64,000 nt of DNA. Source: Bugula neritina. Lineage: Eukaryota; Animalia; Bryozoa. This document shows positions 10,101 to 27,400 of this stretch, piece after piece (the stretch's first letter is position 1; the number at the start of each line of letters is the position of its first letter). Below the pieces are notes generated by a model. The model searched no databases. It worked only from the letters and a program-made list of their open reading frames with translations, and was not told the DNA's origin. Location: the NCBI GenBank assembly GCA_964035545.1, contig CAXIUT010000183.1, positions 1,240,001-1,304,000 of the forward strand, given 5' to 3'. Position numbers and translations under genes: made by a program.

Positions 10101-11965
10101 ATACAATGCAACTTACTGAAATATACTGCAACATACTGAAATACACTGCAACATCCTACAATATGCTGAAATACACAGTAACATATTGAAATACACTGCA
10201 ACACTTTGAAATATACTGCAACATACCGAAATATATGGTAAACTACTGCAACATACTACAACATACTGAAATACACTGCAACACATTGAAATATACTGCG
10301 ACATACCTAAATATACGGTAATATACTGAAATATACTGTAAAACATTGAAAAACACTGCAACATACTGAAATATACTGTAACACATCGAAATATACTGCA
10401 ACATACTGAAATACACTGTAACATACTGAAATACACTGCTACATACTGAAATATACTGCAACATACTGCAACATACTGAAATACACAGTAACATACTGAA
10501 ATAAACTGCAACATACTACAACATATTGAAATACACTGCAACACATTGAAATATACTGCAACATACCTAAATATACGGTAATATACTGAAATTCACTGTA
10601 ACGCATTGCAAAATACTGCAACATACTGAAATTCACTGCGACACACTGAAATACGCTGCAAAATACTACAACATACTGAAATAAACTGTAACATGTTGAA
10701 ATACACTGCAACACATTGAAAAATACTGCAACATACTGAAATATACTGTAACACACTGAAATATACTGCAACATACTGAAATACACTGTAACATACTGAA
10801 ATATACTGCAACATACTGAAATACACTGCTACATACTGAAATATACTGCAACATACTGCAACATACTGCAATACACTGTAAAATACTGAAATACACTGCA
10901 ACATACTACAACATATTGAAATACACTGCAACACATTGAAATACACTGCAACTTATCGAATATATGGAAAACTACTGAAATATACTGTAACGCATTGAAA
11001 AAGACTGCAACATACTGAAATATATTGCGACACATTGCAATATACTGTAATATACTGAAAAATGCTGTATCACACTGAAATATACTGCAATTCGCTGAAA
11101 TATACTGCAACATACTGAAATACACCGCAACATCCTACAACATACTAAAATACACTGTAACATTTCGAAATACACTGCAACACATTGAATTATACTGCAA
11201 CATAACGAAATATATGGTAAACTACTGAAATATATTTTAACAAATTGAAAAATACTGCAACATACTGAATATACTGTAACACACTGAAGTATACTGCAAC
11301 ATACTGAAATACACTGTAACATACTGAAATATACTGCAACATACTGAAATACACTGCTACATACTGAAATATACTGCAACGTACTGCAACATACTGCAGC
11401 ATACTGAAATACACTGTAACATACTGAAATACACTGCAACATACTACCACATATTGAAATACACTGCAACACATTGAAATGTACTGCAACATACCGAAAT
11501 ATATGGTAAACTACTAAAATATACTGTAACACATTGAAAAATACTGCAACATACTGAAATATACTGCGACACCTAGCAATATACTGTAACATACTGAAAT
11601 ATGCTCTAGCACACTGAAATACAATGCAACTTACTGAAATATACTGCAACATACTGAAATACACTGCAACATCCTACAATATGCTGAAATACACAGTAAC
11701 ATATTGAAATACACTGCAACACTTTGAAATATACTGCAACATACCGAAGTATATGGTAAACTACTGCAACATACTACAACATACTGAAATACACTGCAAC
11801 ACATTGAAATATACTGCGACATACCTAAATATACGGTAATATACTGAAATATACTGTAACACATTGAAAAATACTGCAACATACTGAAATATACTGTAAC
11901 ACACCGAAATATACTGCAACATACTGAAATACACTGTAACATACTGAAATACACTGCTACATACT
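4181..11965. repeat. Satellite array segment 1 (10-bp monomers, 20-bp dimer ATACTGAAAT-ATACTGCAAC)
   Basis: Continuous 10-bp periodicity is visible in the column layout, with recurrent diagnostic variants. It includes a 540-bp tandem duplication (CATTTCGAAA at 6171 and 6711). Confidence 0.99.
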
Positions 11966-12416
11966 TGTATCGGTTTGTGTTTGTGTCTGGTTGCAAGATA
12001 TGCTTTAACTACTAGCCAACTTGGCAACAGGTTTTCGAGTTTATTAACTGTCAAATCTTACCCTATAAAATGGGAAACATTAGAAATTGTATAAATAAGT
12101 AGTCACAATATAAATCAAAATTCAGAGGAACACTATGAATATTACAAAACCAAAAAATTGACATGAACTATTATAATTCTAATAAACTTACAATATTGAT
12201 GCGTGGATAAAAATCTTAGCCATCACAATGCCGAAACCGATAGTTTATTCATACAAAGAGTGTAAATATGGCGGTTTGATCATGATACACTGACTCATGC
12301 AGTACAGTGAATGAACTAGCTCTGCCAGCTAATAGTAGCTTTGGTGAAAGCTTTTGAAGCTTGAAAGCTTTAATGATTGGCTGCCTGCCAATACTTCTGG
12401 GTGGCATACCAATACA
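11966..12416 (-). mobile_element. Solo LTR (451 bp) of the same BEL/Pao family with 5-bp TSD ATACT
   Basis: I found no difference from 3730-4180 by eye (offset 8236). It is flanked by ATACT at 11961-11965 and 12417-12421. The empty site ACACTGCTAC-ATACT-GAAATATACTGCAAC occurs elsewhere, e.g. ~17601-17630. Confidence 0.97.
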
Positions 12417-15400
12417 ATACTGAAATATACTGCAACATACTGCAACATACTGAAATACACAGTAACATACTGAAATAAACTGCAACATACTACAACATAT
12501 TGAAATACACTGCAACACATTGAAATATACTGCAACATACCTAAATATACGGTAATATACTGAAATTCACTGTAACGCATTGCAAAATACTGCAACATAC
12601 TGAAATTCACTGCGACACACTGAAATACGCTGCAAAATACTACAACATACTGAAATAAACTGTAACATGTTGAAATACACTGCAACACATTGAAAAATAC
12701 TGCAACATACTGAAATATACTGTAACACACTGAAATATACTGCAACATACTGAAATACACTGTAACATACTGAAATATACTGCAACATACTGAAATACAC
12801 TGCTACATACTGAAATATACCGCAACATACTGCAACATACTGCAATACACTGTAAAATACTGAAATACACTGCAACATACTACTACAACATATTGAAATA
12901 CACTGCAACACATTGAAATACACTGCAACTTACCGAATATATGGTAAACTACTGAAATATACTGTAACGCATTGAAAAGTACTGCAACATACTGAAATAT
13001 ACTGTAACACACTGAAATATACTGCAACATACTGAAATACACTGTAACATACTGAAATATACTGCAACATACTGAAATACACTGCTACATACTGAAATAT
13101 ACTGCAACGTACTGCAACATACTGCAGCATACTGAAATACACTGTAACATACTGAAATACACTGCAACATACTACCACATATTGAAATACACTGCAACAC
13201 ATTGAAATGTACTGCAACATACCGAAATATATGGTAAACTACTAAAATATACTGTAACACATTGAAAAATACTGCAACATACTGAAATATACTGCGACAC
13301 CTAGCAATATACTGTAACATACTGAAATATGCTCTAGCACACTGAAATACAATGCAACTTACTGAAATATACTGCAACATACTGAAATACACTGCAACAT
13401 CCTACAATATGCTGAAATACACAGTAACATATTGAAATACACTGCAACACTTTGAAATATACTGCAACATACCGAAATATATGGTAAACTACTGCAACAT
13501 ACTACAACATACTGAAATACACTGCAACACATTGAAATATACTGCGACATACCTAAATATACGGTAATATACTGAAATATACTGTAACACATTGAAAGAT
13601 ACTGCAACATACTGAAATATACTGTAACACACCGAAATATACTGCAACATACAGAAATACACTGTAACATACTGAAATACACTGCTACATACTGAAATAT
13701 ACTGCAACATACTGCAACATACTGAAATACACAGTAACATACTGAAATAAACTGCAACATACTACAACATATTGAAATACACTGCAACACATTGAAATAT
13801 ACTGCAACATACCTAAATATACGGTAATATACTGAAATTCACTGTAACGCATTGCAAAATACTGCAACATACTGAAATTCACTGCGACACACTGAAATAC
13901 GCTGCAAAATACTACAACATACTGAAATAAACTGTAACATGTTGAAATACACTGCAACACATTGAAAAATACTGCAACATACTGAAATATACTGTAACAC
14001 ACTGAAATATACTGCAACATACTGAAATACACTGTAACATACTGAAATATACTGCAACATACTGAAATACACTGCTTCATACTGAAATATACTGCAACAT
14101 ACTGCAACATACTGCAATACACTGTAAAATACTGAAATACACTGCAACATACTACAACATATTGAAATACACTGCAACACATTGAAATACACTGCAACTT
14201 ATCGAATATATGGAAAACTACTGAAATATACTGTAACGCATTGAAAAAGACTGCAACATACTGAAATATATTGCGACACATTGCAATATACTGTAATATA
14301 CTGAAAAATGCTGTATCACACTGAAATATACTGCAATTCGCTGAAATATACTGCAACATACTGAAATACACCGCAACATCCTACAACATACTAAAATACA
14401 CTGTAACATTTCGAAATACACTGCAACACATTGAATTATACTGCAACATAACGAAATATATGGTAAACTACTGAAATATATTTTAACAAATTGAAAAATA
14501 CTGCAACATACTGAAATATACTGTAACACACTGAAGTATACTGCAACATACTGAAATACACTGTAACATACTGAAATATACTGCAACATACTGAAATACA
14601 CTGCTACATACTGAAATATACTGCAACGTACTGCAACATACTGCAGCATACTGAAATACACTGTAACATACTGAAATACACTGCAACATACTACCACATA
14701 TTGAAATACACTGCAACACATTGAAATGTACTGCAACATACCGAAATATATGAAAAACTACTGAAATATACTGTAACGCATTGAAAAAGACTGCAACATA
14801 CTGAAATATATTGCGACACATTGCAATATACTGTAATATACTGAAAAATGCTGTATCACACTGAAATATACTGCAATTCGCTGAAATATACTGCAACACA
14901 CTGAAATACACCGCAACATCCTACAACATACTAAAATACACTGTAACATTTCGAAATACACTGCAACACATTGAATTATACTGCAACATAACGAAATATA
15001 TGGTAAACTACTGAAATATATTTTAACAAATTGAAAAATACTGCAACATACTGAAATATACTGTAACACATTGAAAAATACTGCAACATACTGAAATATA
15101 CTGTAACACACCGAAATATACTGCAACATACTGAAATACACTGTAACATACTGAAATACACTGCTACATACTGAAATATACCGCAACATACTGCAACATA
15201 CTGCAATACACTGTAAAATACTGAAATACACTGCAACATACTACTACAACATATTGAAATACACTGCAACACATTGAAATACACTGCAACTTACCGAATA
15301 TATGGTAAACTACTGAAATATACTGTAACGCATTGAAAAGTACTGCAACATACTTAAATATACTGTAACACACTGAAATATACTGCAACATACTGAAATA

Positions 15401-18400
15401 CACTGTAACATACTGAAATATACTGCAACATACTGAAATACACTGCTACATACTGAAATATACTGCAACGTACTGCAACATACTGCAGCATACTGAAATA
15501 CACTGTAACATACTGAAATACACTGCAACATACTACCACATATTGAAATACACTGCAACACATTGAAATGTACTGCAACATACCGAAATATATGGTAAAC
15601 TACTAAAATATACTGTAACACATTGAAAAATACTGCAACATACTGAATATACTGTAACACACTGAAGTATACTGCAACATACTGAAATACACTGTAACAT
15701 ACTGAAATATACTGCAACATACTGAAATACACTGCTACATACTGAAATATACTGCAACGTACTGCAACATACTGCAGCATACTGAAATACACTGTAACAT
15801 ACTGAAATACACTGCAACATACTACCACATATTGAAATACACTGCAACACATTGAAATGTACTGCAACATACCGAAATATATGGTAAACTACTAAAATAT
15901 ACTGTAACACATTGAAAAATACTGCAACATACTGAAATATACTGCGACACCTAGCAATATACTGTAACATACTGAAATATGCTCTAGCACACTGAAATAC
16001 AATGCAACTTACTGAAATATACTGCAACATACTGAAATACACTGCAACATCCTACAATATGCTGAAATACACAGTAACATATTGAAATACACTGCAACAC
16101 TTTGAAATATACTGCAACATACCGAAGTATATGGTAAACTACTGCAACATACTACAACATACTGAAATACACTGCAACACATTGAAATATACTGCGACAT
16201 ACCTAAATATACGGTAATATACTGAAATATACTGTAACACATTGAAAAATACTGCAACATACTGAAATATACTGTAACACACCGAAATATACTGCAACAT
16301 ACTGAAATACACTGTAACATACTGAAATACACTGCTACATACTGAAATATACTGCAACATACTGCAACATACTGAAATACACAGTAACATACTGAAATAA
16401 ACTGCAACATACTACAACATATTGAAATACACTGCAACACATTGAAATATACTGCAACATACCTAAATATACGGTAATATACTGAAATTCACTGTAACGC
16501 ATTGCAAAATACTGCAACATACTGAAATTCACTGCGACACACTGAAATACGCTGCAAAATACTACAACATACTGAAATAAACTGTAACATGTTGAAATAC
16601 ACTGCAACACATTGAAAAATACTGCAACATACTGAAATATACTGTAACACACTGAAATATACTGCAACATACTGAAATACACTGTAACATACTGAAATAT
16701 ACTGCAACATACTGAAATACACTGCTACATACTGAAATATACCGCAATATACTGCAACATACTGCAATACACTGTAAAATACTGAAATACACTGCAACAT
16801 ACTACTACAACATATTGAAATACACTGCAACACATTGAAATACACTGCAACTTACCGAATATATGGTAAACTACTGAAATATACTGTAACGCATTGAAAA
16901 GTACTGCAACATACTGAAATATACTGTAACACACTGAAATATACTGCAACATACTGAAATACACTGTAACATACTGAAATATACTGCAACATACTGAAAT
17001 ACACTGCTACATACTGAAATATACTGCAACGTACTGCGACATACTGCAGCATACTGAAATACACTGTAACATACTGAAATACACTGCAACATACTACCAC
17101 ATATTGAAATACACTGCAACACATTGAAATGTACTGCAACATACCAAAATATATGGTAAACTACTAAAATATACTGTAACACATTGAAAAATACTGCAAC
17201 ATACTGAAATAAACTGCGACACCTAGCAATATACTGTAACATACTGAAATATGCTCTAGCACACTGAAATACAATGCAACTTACTGAAATATACTGCAAC
17301 ATACTGAAATACACTGCAACATCCTACAATATGCTGAAATACACAGTAACATATTGAAATACACTGCAACACTTTGAAATATACTGCAACATACCGAAGT
17401 ATATGGTAAACTACTGCAACATACTACAACATACTGAAATACACTGCAACACATTGAAATATACTGCGACATACCTAAATATACGGTAATATACTGAAAT
17501 ATACTGTAACACATTGAAAAATACTGCAACATACTGAAATATACTGTAACACACCGAAATATACTGCAACATACTGAAATACACTGTAACATACTGAAAT
17601 ACACTGCTACATACTGAAATATACTGCAACATACTGCAACATACTGAAATACACAGTAACATACTGAAATAAACTGCAACATACTACAACATATTGAAAT
17701 ACACTGCAACACATTGAAATATACTGCAACATACCTAAATATACGGTAATATACTGAAATTCACTGTAACGCATTGCAAAATACTGCAACATACTGAAAT
17801 TCACTGCGACACACTGAAATACGCTGCAAAATACTACAACATACTGAAATAAACTGTAACATGTTGAAATACACTGCAACACATTGAAAAATACTGCAAC
17901 ATACTGAAATATACTGTAACACACTGAAATATACTGCAACATACTGAAATACACTGTAACATACTGAAATATACTGCAACATACTGAAATACACTGCTAC
18001 ATACTGAAATATACCGCAATATACTGCAACATACTGCAATACACTGTAAAATACTGAAATACACTGCAACATACTACTACAACATATTGAAATACACTGC
18101 AACACATTGAAATACACTGCAACTTACCGAATATATGGTAAACTACTGAAATATACTGTAACGCATTGAAAAGTACTGCAACATACTGAAATATACTGTA
18201 ACACACTGAAATATACTGCAACATACTGAAATACACTGTAACATACTGAAATATACTGCAACATACTGAAATACACTGCTACATACTGAAATATACTGCA
18301 ACGTACTGCAACATACTGCAGCATACTGAAATACACTGTAACATACTGAAATACACTGCAACATACTACCACATATTGAAATACACTGCAACACATTGAA

Positions 18401-21400
18401 ATGTACTGCAACATACCAAAATATATGGTAAACTACTAAAATATACTGTAACACATTGAAAAATACTACAACATACTGAAATAAACTGCGACACCTAGCA
18501 ATATACTGTAACATACTGAAATATGCTCTAGCACACTGAAATACAATGCAACTTACTGAAATATACTGCAACATACTGAAATACACTGCAACATCCTACA
18601 ATATGCTGAAATACACAGTAACATATTGAAATACACTGCAACACTTTGAAATATACTGCAACATACCGAAGTATATGGTAAACTACTGCAACATACTACA
18701 ACATACTGAAATACACTGCAACACATTGAAATATACTGCGACATACCTAAATATACGGTAATATACTGAAATATACTGTAACACATTGAAAAATACTGCA
18801 ACATACTGAAATATACTGTAACACACCGAAATATACTGCAACATACTGAAATACACTGTAACATACTGAAATACACTGCTACATACTGAAATATACTGCA
18901 ACATACTGCAACATACTGAAATACACAGTAACATACTGAAATAAACTGCAACATACTACAACATATTGAAATACACTGCAACACATTGAAATATACTGCA
19001 ACATACCTAAATATACGGTAATATACTGAAATTCACTGTAACGCATTGCAAAATACTGCAACATACTGAAATTCACTGCGACACACTGAAATACGCTGCA
19101 AAATACTACAACATACTGAAATAAACTGTAACATGTTGAAATACACTGCAACACATTGAAAAATACTGCAACATACTGAAATATACTGTAACACACTGAA
19201 ATATACTGCAACATACTGAAATACACTGTAACATACTGAAATATACTGCAACATACTGAAATACACTGCTACATACTGAAATATACCGCAACATACTGCA
19301 ACATACTGCAATACACTGTAAAATACTGAAATACACTGCAACATACTACTACAACACATTGAAATACACTGCAACTTACCGAATATATGGTAAACTACTG
19401 AAATATACTGTAACGCATTGAAAAGTACTGCAACATACTGAAATATACTGTAACACACTGAAATATACTGCAACATACTGAAATACACTGTAACATACTG
19501 AAATATACTGCAACATACTGAAATACACTGCTACATACTGAAATATACTGCAACGTACTGCAACATACTGCAGCATACTGAAATACACTGTAACATACTG
19601 AAATACACTGCAACATACTACCACATATTGAAATACACTGCAACACATTGAAATGTACTGCAACATACCGAAATATATGGTAAACTACTAAAATATACTG
19701 TAACACATTGAAAAATACTGCAACATACTGAAATATACTGCGACACCTAGCAATATACTGTAACATACTGAAATATGCTCTAGCACACTGAAATACAATG
19801 CAACTTACTGAAATATACTGCAACATACTGAAATACACTGCAACATCCTACAATATGCTGAAATACACAGTAACATATTGAAATACACTGCAACACTTTG
19901 AAATATACTGCAACATACCGAAATATATGGTAAACTACTGCAACATACTACAACATACTGAAATACACTGCAACACATTGAAATATACTGCGACATACCT
20001 AAATATACGGTAATATACTGAAATATACTGTAACACATTGAAAAATGCTGCAACATACTGAAATATACTGTAACACACCGAAATATACTGCAACATACTG
20101 AAATACACTGTAACATACTGAAATACACTGCTACATACTGAAATATACTGCAACATACTGCAACATACTGAAATACACAGTAACATACTGAAATAAACTG
20201 CAACATACTACAACATATTGAAATACACTGCAACACATTGAAATATACTGCAACATACCTAAATATACGGTAATATACTGAAATTCACTGTAACGCATTG
20301 CAAAATACTGCAACATACTGAAATTCACTGCGACACACTGAAATACGCTGCAAAATACTACAACATACTGAAATAAACTGTAACATGTTGAAATACACTG
20401 CAACACATTGAAAAATACTGCAACATACTGAAATATACTGTAACACACTGAAATATACTGCAACATACTGAAATACACTGTAACATACTGAAATATACTG
20501 CAACATACTGAAATACACTGCTTCATACTGAAATATACTTCAACATACTGCAACATGCTGCAATACACTGTAAAATACTGAAATACACTGCAACATACTA
20601 CAACATATTGAAATACACTGCAACACATTGAAATACACTGCAACTTATCGAATATATGGAAAACTACTGAAATATACTGTAACGCATTGAAAAAGACTGC
20701 AACATACTGAAATATATTGCGACACATTGCAATATACTGTAATATACTGAAAAATGCTGTATCACACTGAAATATACTGCAATTCGCTGAAATATACTGC
20801 AACATACTGAAATACACCGCAACATCCTACAACATACTAAAATACACTGTAACATTTCGAAATACACTGCAACACATTGAATTATACTGCAACATAACGA
20901 AATATATGGTAAACTACTGAAATATATTTTAACAAATTGAAAAATACTGCAACATACTGAAATATACTGTAACACACTGAAGTATACTGCAACATACTGA
21001 AATACACTGTAACATACTGAAATATACTGCAACATACTGAAATACACTGCTACATACTGAAATATACTGCAACGTACTGCAACATACTGCAGCATACTGA
21101 AATACACTGTAACATACTGAAATACACTGCAACATACTACCACATATTGAAATACACTGCAACACATTGAAATGTACTGCAACATACCGAAATATATGGT
21201 AAACTACTAAAATATACTGTAACACATTGAAAAATACTGCAACATACTGAAATATACTGCGACACCTAGCAATATACTGTAACATACTGAAATATGCTCT
21301 AGCACACTGAAATACAATGCAACTTACTGAAATATACTGCAACATACTGAAATACACTGTAACATACTGAAATACACTGCAACATACTACCACATATTGA

Positions 21401-24400
21401 AATACACTGCAACACATTGAAATGTACTGCAACATACCGAAATATATGGTAAACTACTAAAATATACTGTAACACATTGAAAAATACTGCAACATACTGA
21501 AATATACTGCGACACCTAGCAATATACTGTAACATACTGAAATATGCTCTAGCACACTGAAATACAATGCAACTTACTGAAATATACTGCAACATACAGA
21601 AATACACTGCAACATCCTACAATATGCTGAAATACACAGTAACATATTGAAATACACTGCAACACTTTGAAATATACTGCAACATACCGAAATATATGGT
21701 AAACTACTGCAACATACTACAACAAACTGAAATACACTGCAACACATTGAAATATACTGCGACATACCTAAATATACGGTAATATACTGAAATATACTGT
21801 AACACATTGAAAATTACTGCAACATACTGAAATATACTGTAACACACCGAAATATACTGCAACATACTGAAATACACTGTAACATACTGAAATACACTGC
21901 TACATACTGAAATATACTGCAACATACTGCAACATACTGAAATACACTGTAACATACTGAAATAAACTGCAACATACTACAACATATTGAAATACACTGC
22001 AACACATTGAAATATACTGCAACATACCTAAATATACGGTAATATACTGAAATTCACTGTAACGCATTGCAAAATACTGCAACATACTGAAATTCACTGC
22101 GACACACTGAAATACGCTGCAAAATACTACAACATACTGAAATAAACTGTAACATGTTGAAATACACTGCAACACATTGAAAAATACTGCAACATACTGA
22201 AATATACTGTAACACACTGAAATATACTGCAACATACTGAAATACACTGTAACATACTGAAATATACTGCAACATACTGAAATACACTGCTACATACTGA
22301 AATATACTGCAACATACTGCAACATACTGCAATACACTGTAAAATACTGAAATACACTGCAACATACTACAACATATTGAAATACACTGCAACACATTGA
22401 AATACACTGCAACTTACCGAATATATGGTAAACTACTGAAATATACTGTAACGCATTGAAAAGTACTGCAACATACTGAAATATATTGCGACACATTGCA
22501 ATAAACTGTAACATACTGAAAAATGCTGTAGCACACTGAAATACACTGCCATTCACTGAAATATACTGCAACATACTGAAATACACCGCAACATCCTACA
22601 ACATACTGAAATACACTGTAACATATTGAAATACACTGCAACACATTGAAATATACTGCAACATACCGAAATATATCGTAAACTACTGAAATATACTGTA
22701 ACACATTGAAAAAAACTGCAACATACTGAAATACACTGTAACATACTGAAATACACTGCAACATACTACCACATATTGAAATACACTGCAACACATTGAA
22801 ATGTACTGCAACATACCGAAATATATGGTAAACTACTAAAATATACTGTAACACATTGAAAAATACTGCAACATACTGAAATATACTGCGACACCTAGCA
22901 ATATACTGTAACATACTGAAATATGCTCTAGCACACTGAAATACAATGCAACTTACAGAAATATACTGCAACATACTGAAATACACTGCAACATCCTACA
23001 ATATGCTGAAATACACAGTAACATATTGAAATACACTGCAACACTTTGAAATATACTGCAACATACCGAAATATATGGTAAACTACTGCAACATACTACA
23101 ACATACTGAAATACACTGCAACACATTGAAATATACTGCGACATACCTAAATATACGGTAATATACTGAAATATACTGTAACACATTGAAAAATACTGCA
23201 ACATACTGAAATATACTGTAACACACCGAAATATACTGCAACATACTGAAATACACTGTAACATACTGAAATACACTGCTACATACTGAAATATACTGCA
23301 ACATACTGCAACATACTGAAATACACAGTAACATACTGAAATAAACTGCAACATACTACAACATATTGAAATACACTGCAACACATTGAAATATACTGCA
23401 ACATACCTAAATATACGGTAATATACTGAAATTCACTGTAACGCATTGCAAAATACTGCAACATACTGAAATTCACTGCGACACACTGAAATACGCTGCA
23501 AAATACTACAACATACTGAAATAAACTGTAACATATTGAAATACACTGCAACACATTGAAAAATACTGCAACATACTGAAATATACTGTAACACACTGAA
23601 ATATACTGCAACATACTGAAATACACTCTAACATACTGAAATATACTGCAACATACTGAAATACACTGCTACATACTGAAATATACTGCAACATACTGCA
23701 ACATACTGCAATACACTGTAAAATACTGAAATACACTGCAACATACAACAACATATTGAAATACACTGCAACACATTGAAATACACTGCAACTTACCGAA
23801 TATATGGTAAACTACTGAAATATACTGTAACGCATTGAAAAGTACTGCAACATACTGAAATATATTGCGACACATTGCAATAAACTGTAACATACTGAAA
23901 AATGCTGTAGCACACTGAAATACACTGCCATTCACTGAAATATACTGCAACATACTGAAATACACCGCAACATCCTACAACATACTGAAATACACTGTAA
24001 CATATTGAAATACACTGCAACACATTGAAATATACTGCAACATACCGAAATATATCGTAAACTACTGAAATATACTGTAACACATTGAAAAAAACTGCAA
24101 CATACTGAAATATACTGCGACACCTAGCAATATACTGTAACATACTGAAATATGCTCTAGCACACTGAAATACAATGCAACTTACTGAAATATACTGCAA
24201 CGTACTGAAATACACTGCAACATCCTACAATATGCTGAAATACACAGTAAAATATTGAAATACACTGCAACACTTTGAAATATACTGCAACATACCGAAG
24301 TATATGGTAAACTACTGCAACATACTACAACATACTGAAATACACTGCAACACATTGAAATATACTGCGACATACCTAAATATACGGTAATATACTGAAA

Positions 24401-27400
24401 TATACTGTAACACATTGAAAAATACTGCAACATACTGAAATATACTGTAACACACCGAAATATACTGCAACATACTGAAATACACTGTAACATACTGAAA
24501 TACACTGCTACATACTGAAATATACTGCAACATACTGCAACATACTGAAATACACAGTAACATACTGAAATAAACTGCAACATACTACAACATATTGAAA
24601 TACACTGCAATACATTGAAATATACTGCAACATACCTAAATATACGGTAATATACTGAAATTCACTGTAACGCATTGCAAAATACTGCAACATACTGAAA
24701 TTCACTGCGACACACTGAAATACGCTGCAAAATACTACAACATACTGAAATAAACTGTAACATGTTGAAATACACTGCAACACATTGAAAAATACTGCAA
24801 CATACTGAAATATACTGTAACACACTGAAATATACTGCAACATACTGAAATACACTGTAACATACTGAAATATACTGCAACATACTGAAATACACTGCTA
24901 CATACTGAAATATACCGCAACATACTGCAACATACTGCAATACACTGTAAAATACTGAAATACACTGCAACATACTACTACAACATATTGAAATACACTG
25001 CAACACATTGAAATACACTGCAACTTACCGAATATATGGTAAACTACTGAAATATACTGTAACGCATTGAAAAGTACTGCAACATACTGAAATATACTGT
25101 AACACACTGAAATATACTGCAACATACTGAAATACACTGTAACATACTGAAATATACTGCAACATACTGAAATACACTGCTACATACTGAAATATACTGC
25201 AACGTACTGCAACATACTGCAGCATACTGAAATACACTGTAACATACTGAAATACACTGCAACATACTACCACATATTGAAATACACTGCAACACATTGA
25301 AATGTACTGCAACATACCGAAATATATGGTAAACTACTAAAATATACTGTAACACATTGAAAAATACTGCAACATACTGAAATATACTGCGACACCTAGC
25401 AATATACTGTAACATACTGAAAAATGCTCTAGCACACTGAAATACAATGCAACTTACTGAAATATACTGCAACATACTGAAATACACTGCAACATCCTAC
25501 AATATGCTGAAATACACAGTAACATATTGAAATACACTGCAACACTTTGAAATATACTGCAACATACCGAAATATATGGTAAACTACTGCAACATACTAC
25601 AACATACTGAAATACACTGCAACACATTGAAATATACTGCGACATACCTAAATATACGGTAATATACTGAAATATACTGTAACACATTGAAAAATACTGC
25701 AACATACTGAAATATACTGTAACACACCGAAATATACTGCAACATACTGAAATACACTGTAACATACTGAAATACACTGCTACATACTGAAATATACTGC
25801 AACATACTGCAACATACTGAAATACACAGTAACATACTGAAATAAACTGCAACATACTACAACATATTGAAATACACTGCAACACATTGAAATATACTGC
25901 AACATACCTAAATATACGGTAATATACTGAAATTCACTGTAACGCATTGCAAAATACTGCAACATACTGAAATTCACTGCGACACACTGAAATACGCTGC
26001 AAAATACTACAACATACTGAAATAAACTGTAACGTGTTGAAATACACTGCAACACATTGAAAAATACTGCAACATACTGAAATATACTGTAACACACTGA
26101 AATATACTGCAACATACTGAAATACACTGTAACATACTGAAATATACTGCAACATACTGAAATACACTGCTTCATTATGAAATATACTGCAACATACTGC
26201 AACATACTGCAATACACTGTAAAATACTGAAATACACTGCAACATACTACAACATATTGAAATACACTGCAACACATTGAAATACACTGCAACTTATCGA
26301 ATATATGGAAAACTACTGAAATATACTGTAACGCATTGAAAAAGACTGCAACATACTGAAATATATTGCGACACATTGCAATATACTGTAATATACTGAA
26401 AAATGCTGTATCACACTGAAATATACTGCAATTCGCTGAAATATACTGCAACATACTGAAATACACCGCAACATCCTACAACATACTAAAATACACTGTA
26501 ACATTTCGAAATACACTGCAACACATTGAATTATACTGCAACATAACGAAATATATGGTAAACTACTGAAATATATTTTAACAAATTGAAAAATACTGCA
26601 ACATACTGAAATATACTGTAACACACTGAAGTATACTGCAACATACTGAAATACACTGTAACATACTGAAATATACTGCAACATACTGAAATACACTGCT
26701 ACATACTGAAATATACTGCAACGTACTGCAACATACTGCAGCATACTGAAATACACTGTAACATACTGAAATACACTGCAACATACTACCACATATTGAA
26801 ATACACTGCAACACATTGAAATGTACTGCAACATACCGAAATATATGGTAAACTACTAAAATATACTGTAACACATTAAAAAATACTGCAACATACTGAA
26901 ATATACTGCGACACATAGCAATATACTGTAACATACTGAAATATGCTCTAGCACACTGAAATACAATGCAACTTACTGAAATATACTGCAACATACTGAA
27001 ATACACTGCAACATCCTACAATATGCTGAAATACACAGTAACATATTGAAATACACTGCAACACTTTGAAATATACTGCAACATACCGAAGTATATGGTA
27101 AACTACTGCAACATACTACAACATACTGAAATACACTGCAACACATTGAAATATACTGCGACATACCCAAATATACGGTAATATACTGAAATATACTGTA
27201 ACACATTGAAAAATACTGCAACATACTGAAATATACTGTAACACACCGAAATATACTGCAACATACTGAAATACACTGTAACATACTGAAATACACTGCT
27301 ACATACTGAAATATACTGCAACATACTGCAACATACTGAAATACACAGTAACATACTGAAATAAACTGCAACATACTACAACATAATGAAATACACTGCA

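Noticed and set aside
3730-12416. The two LTRs as the ends of one element that captured 7.8 kb of satellite
   Set aside because: The second LTR has its own ATACT TSD on both sides and restores a normal satellite module when removed. The coding region lies outside the interval, to the left of the first LTR.
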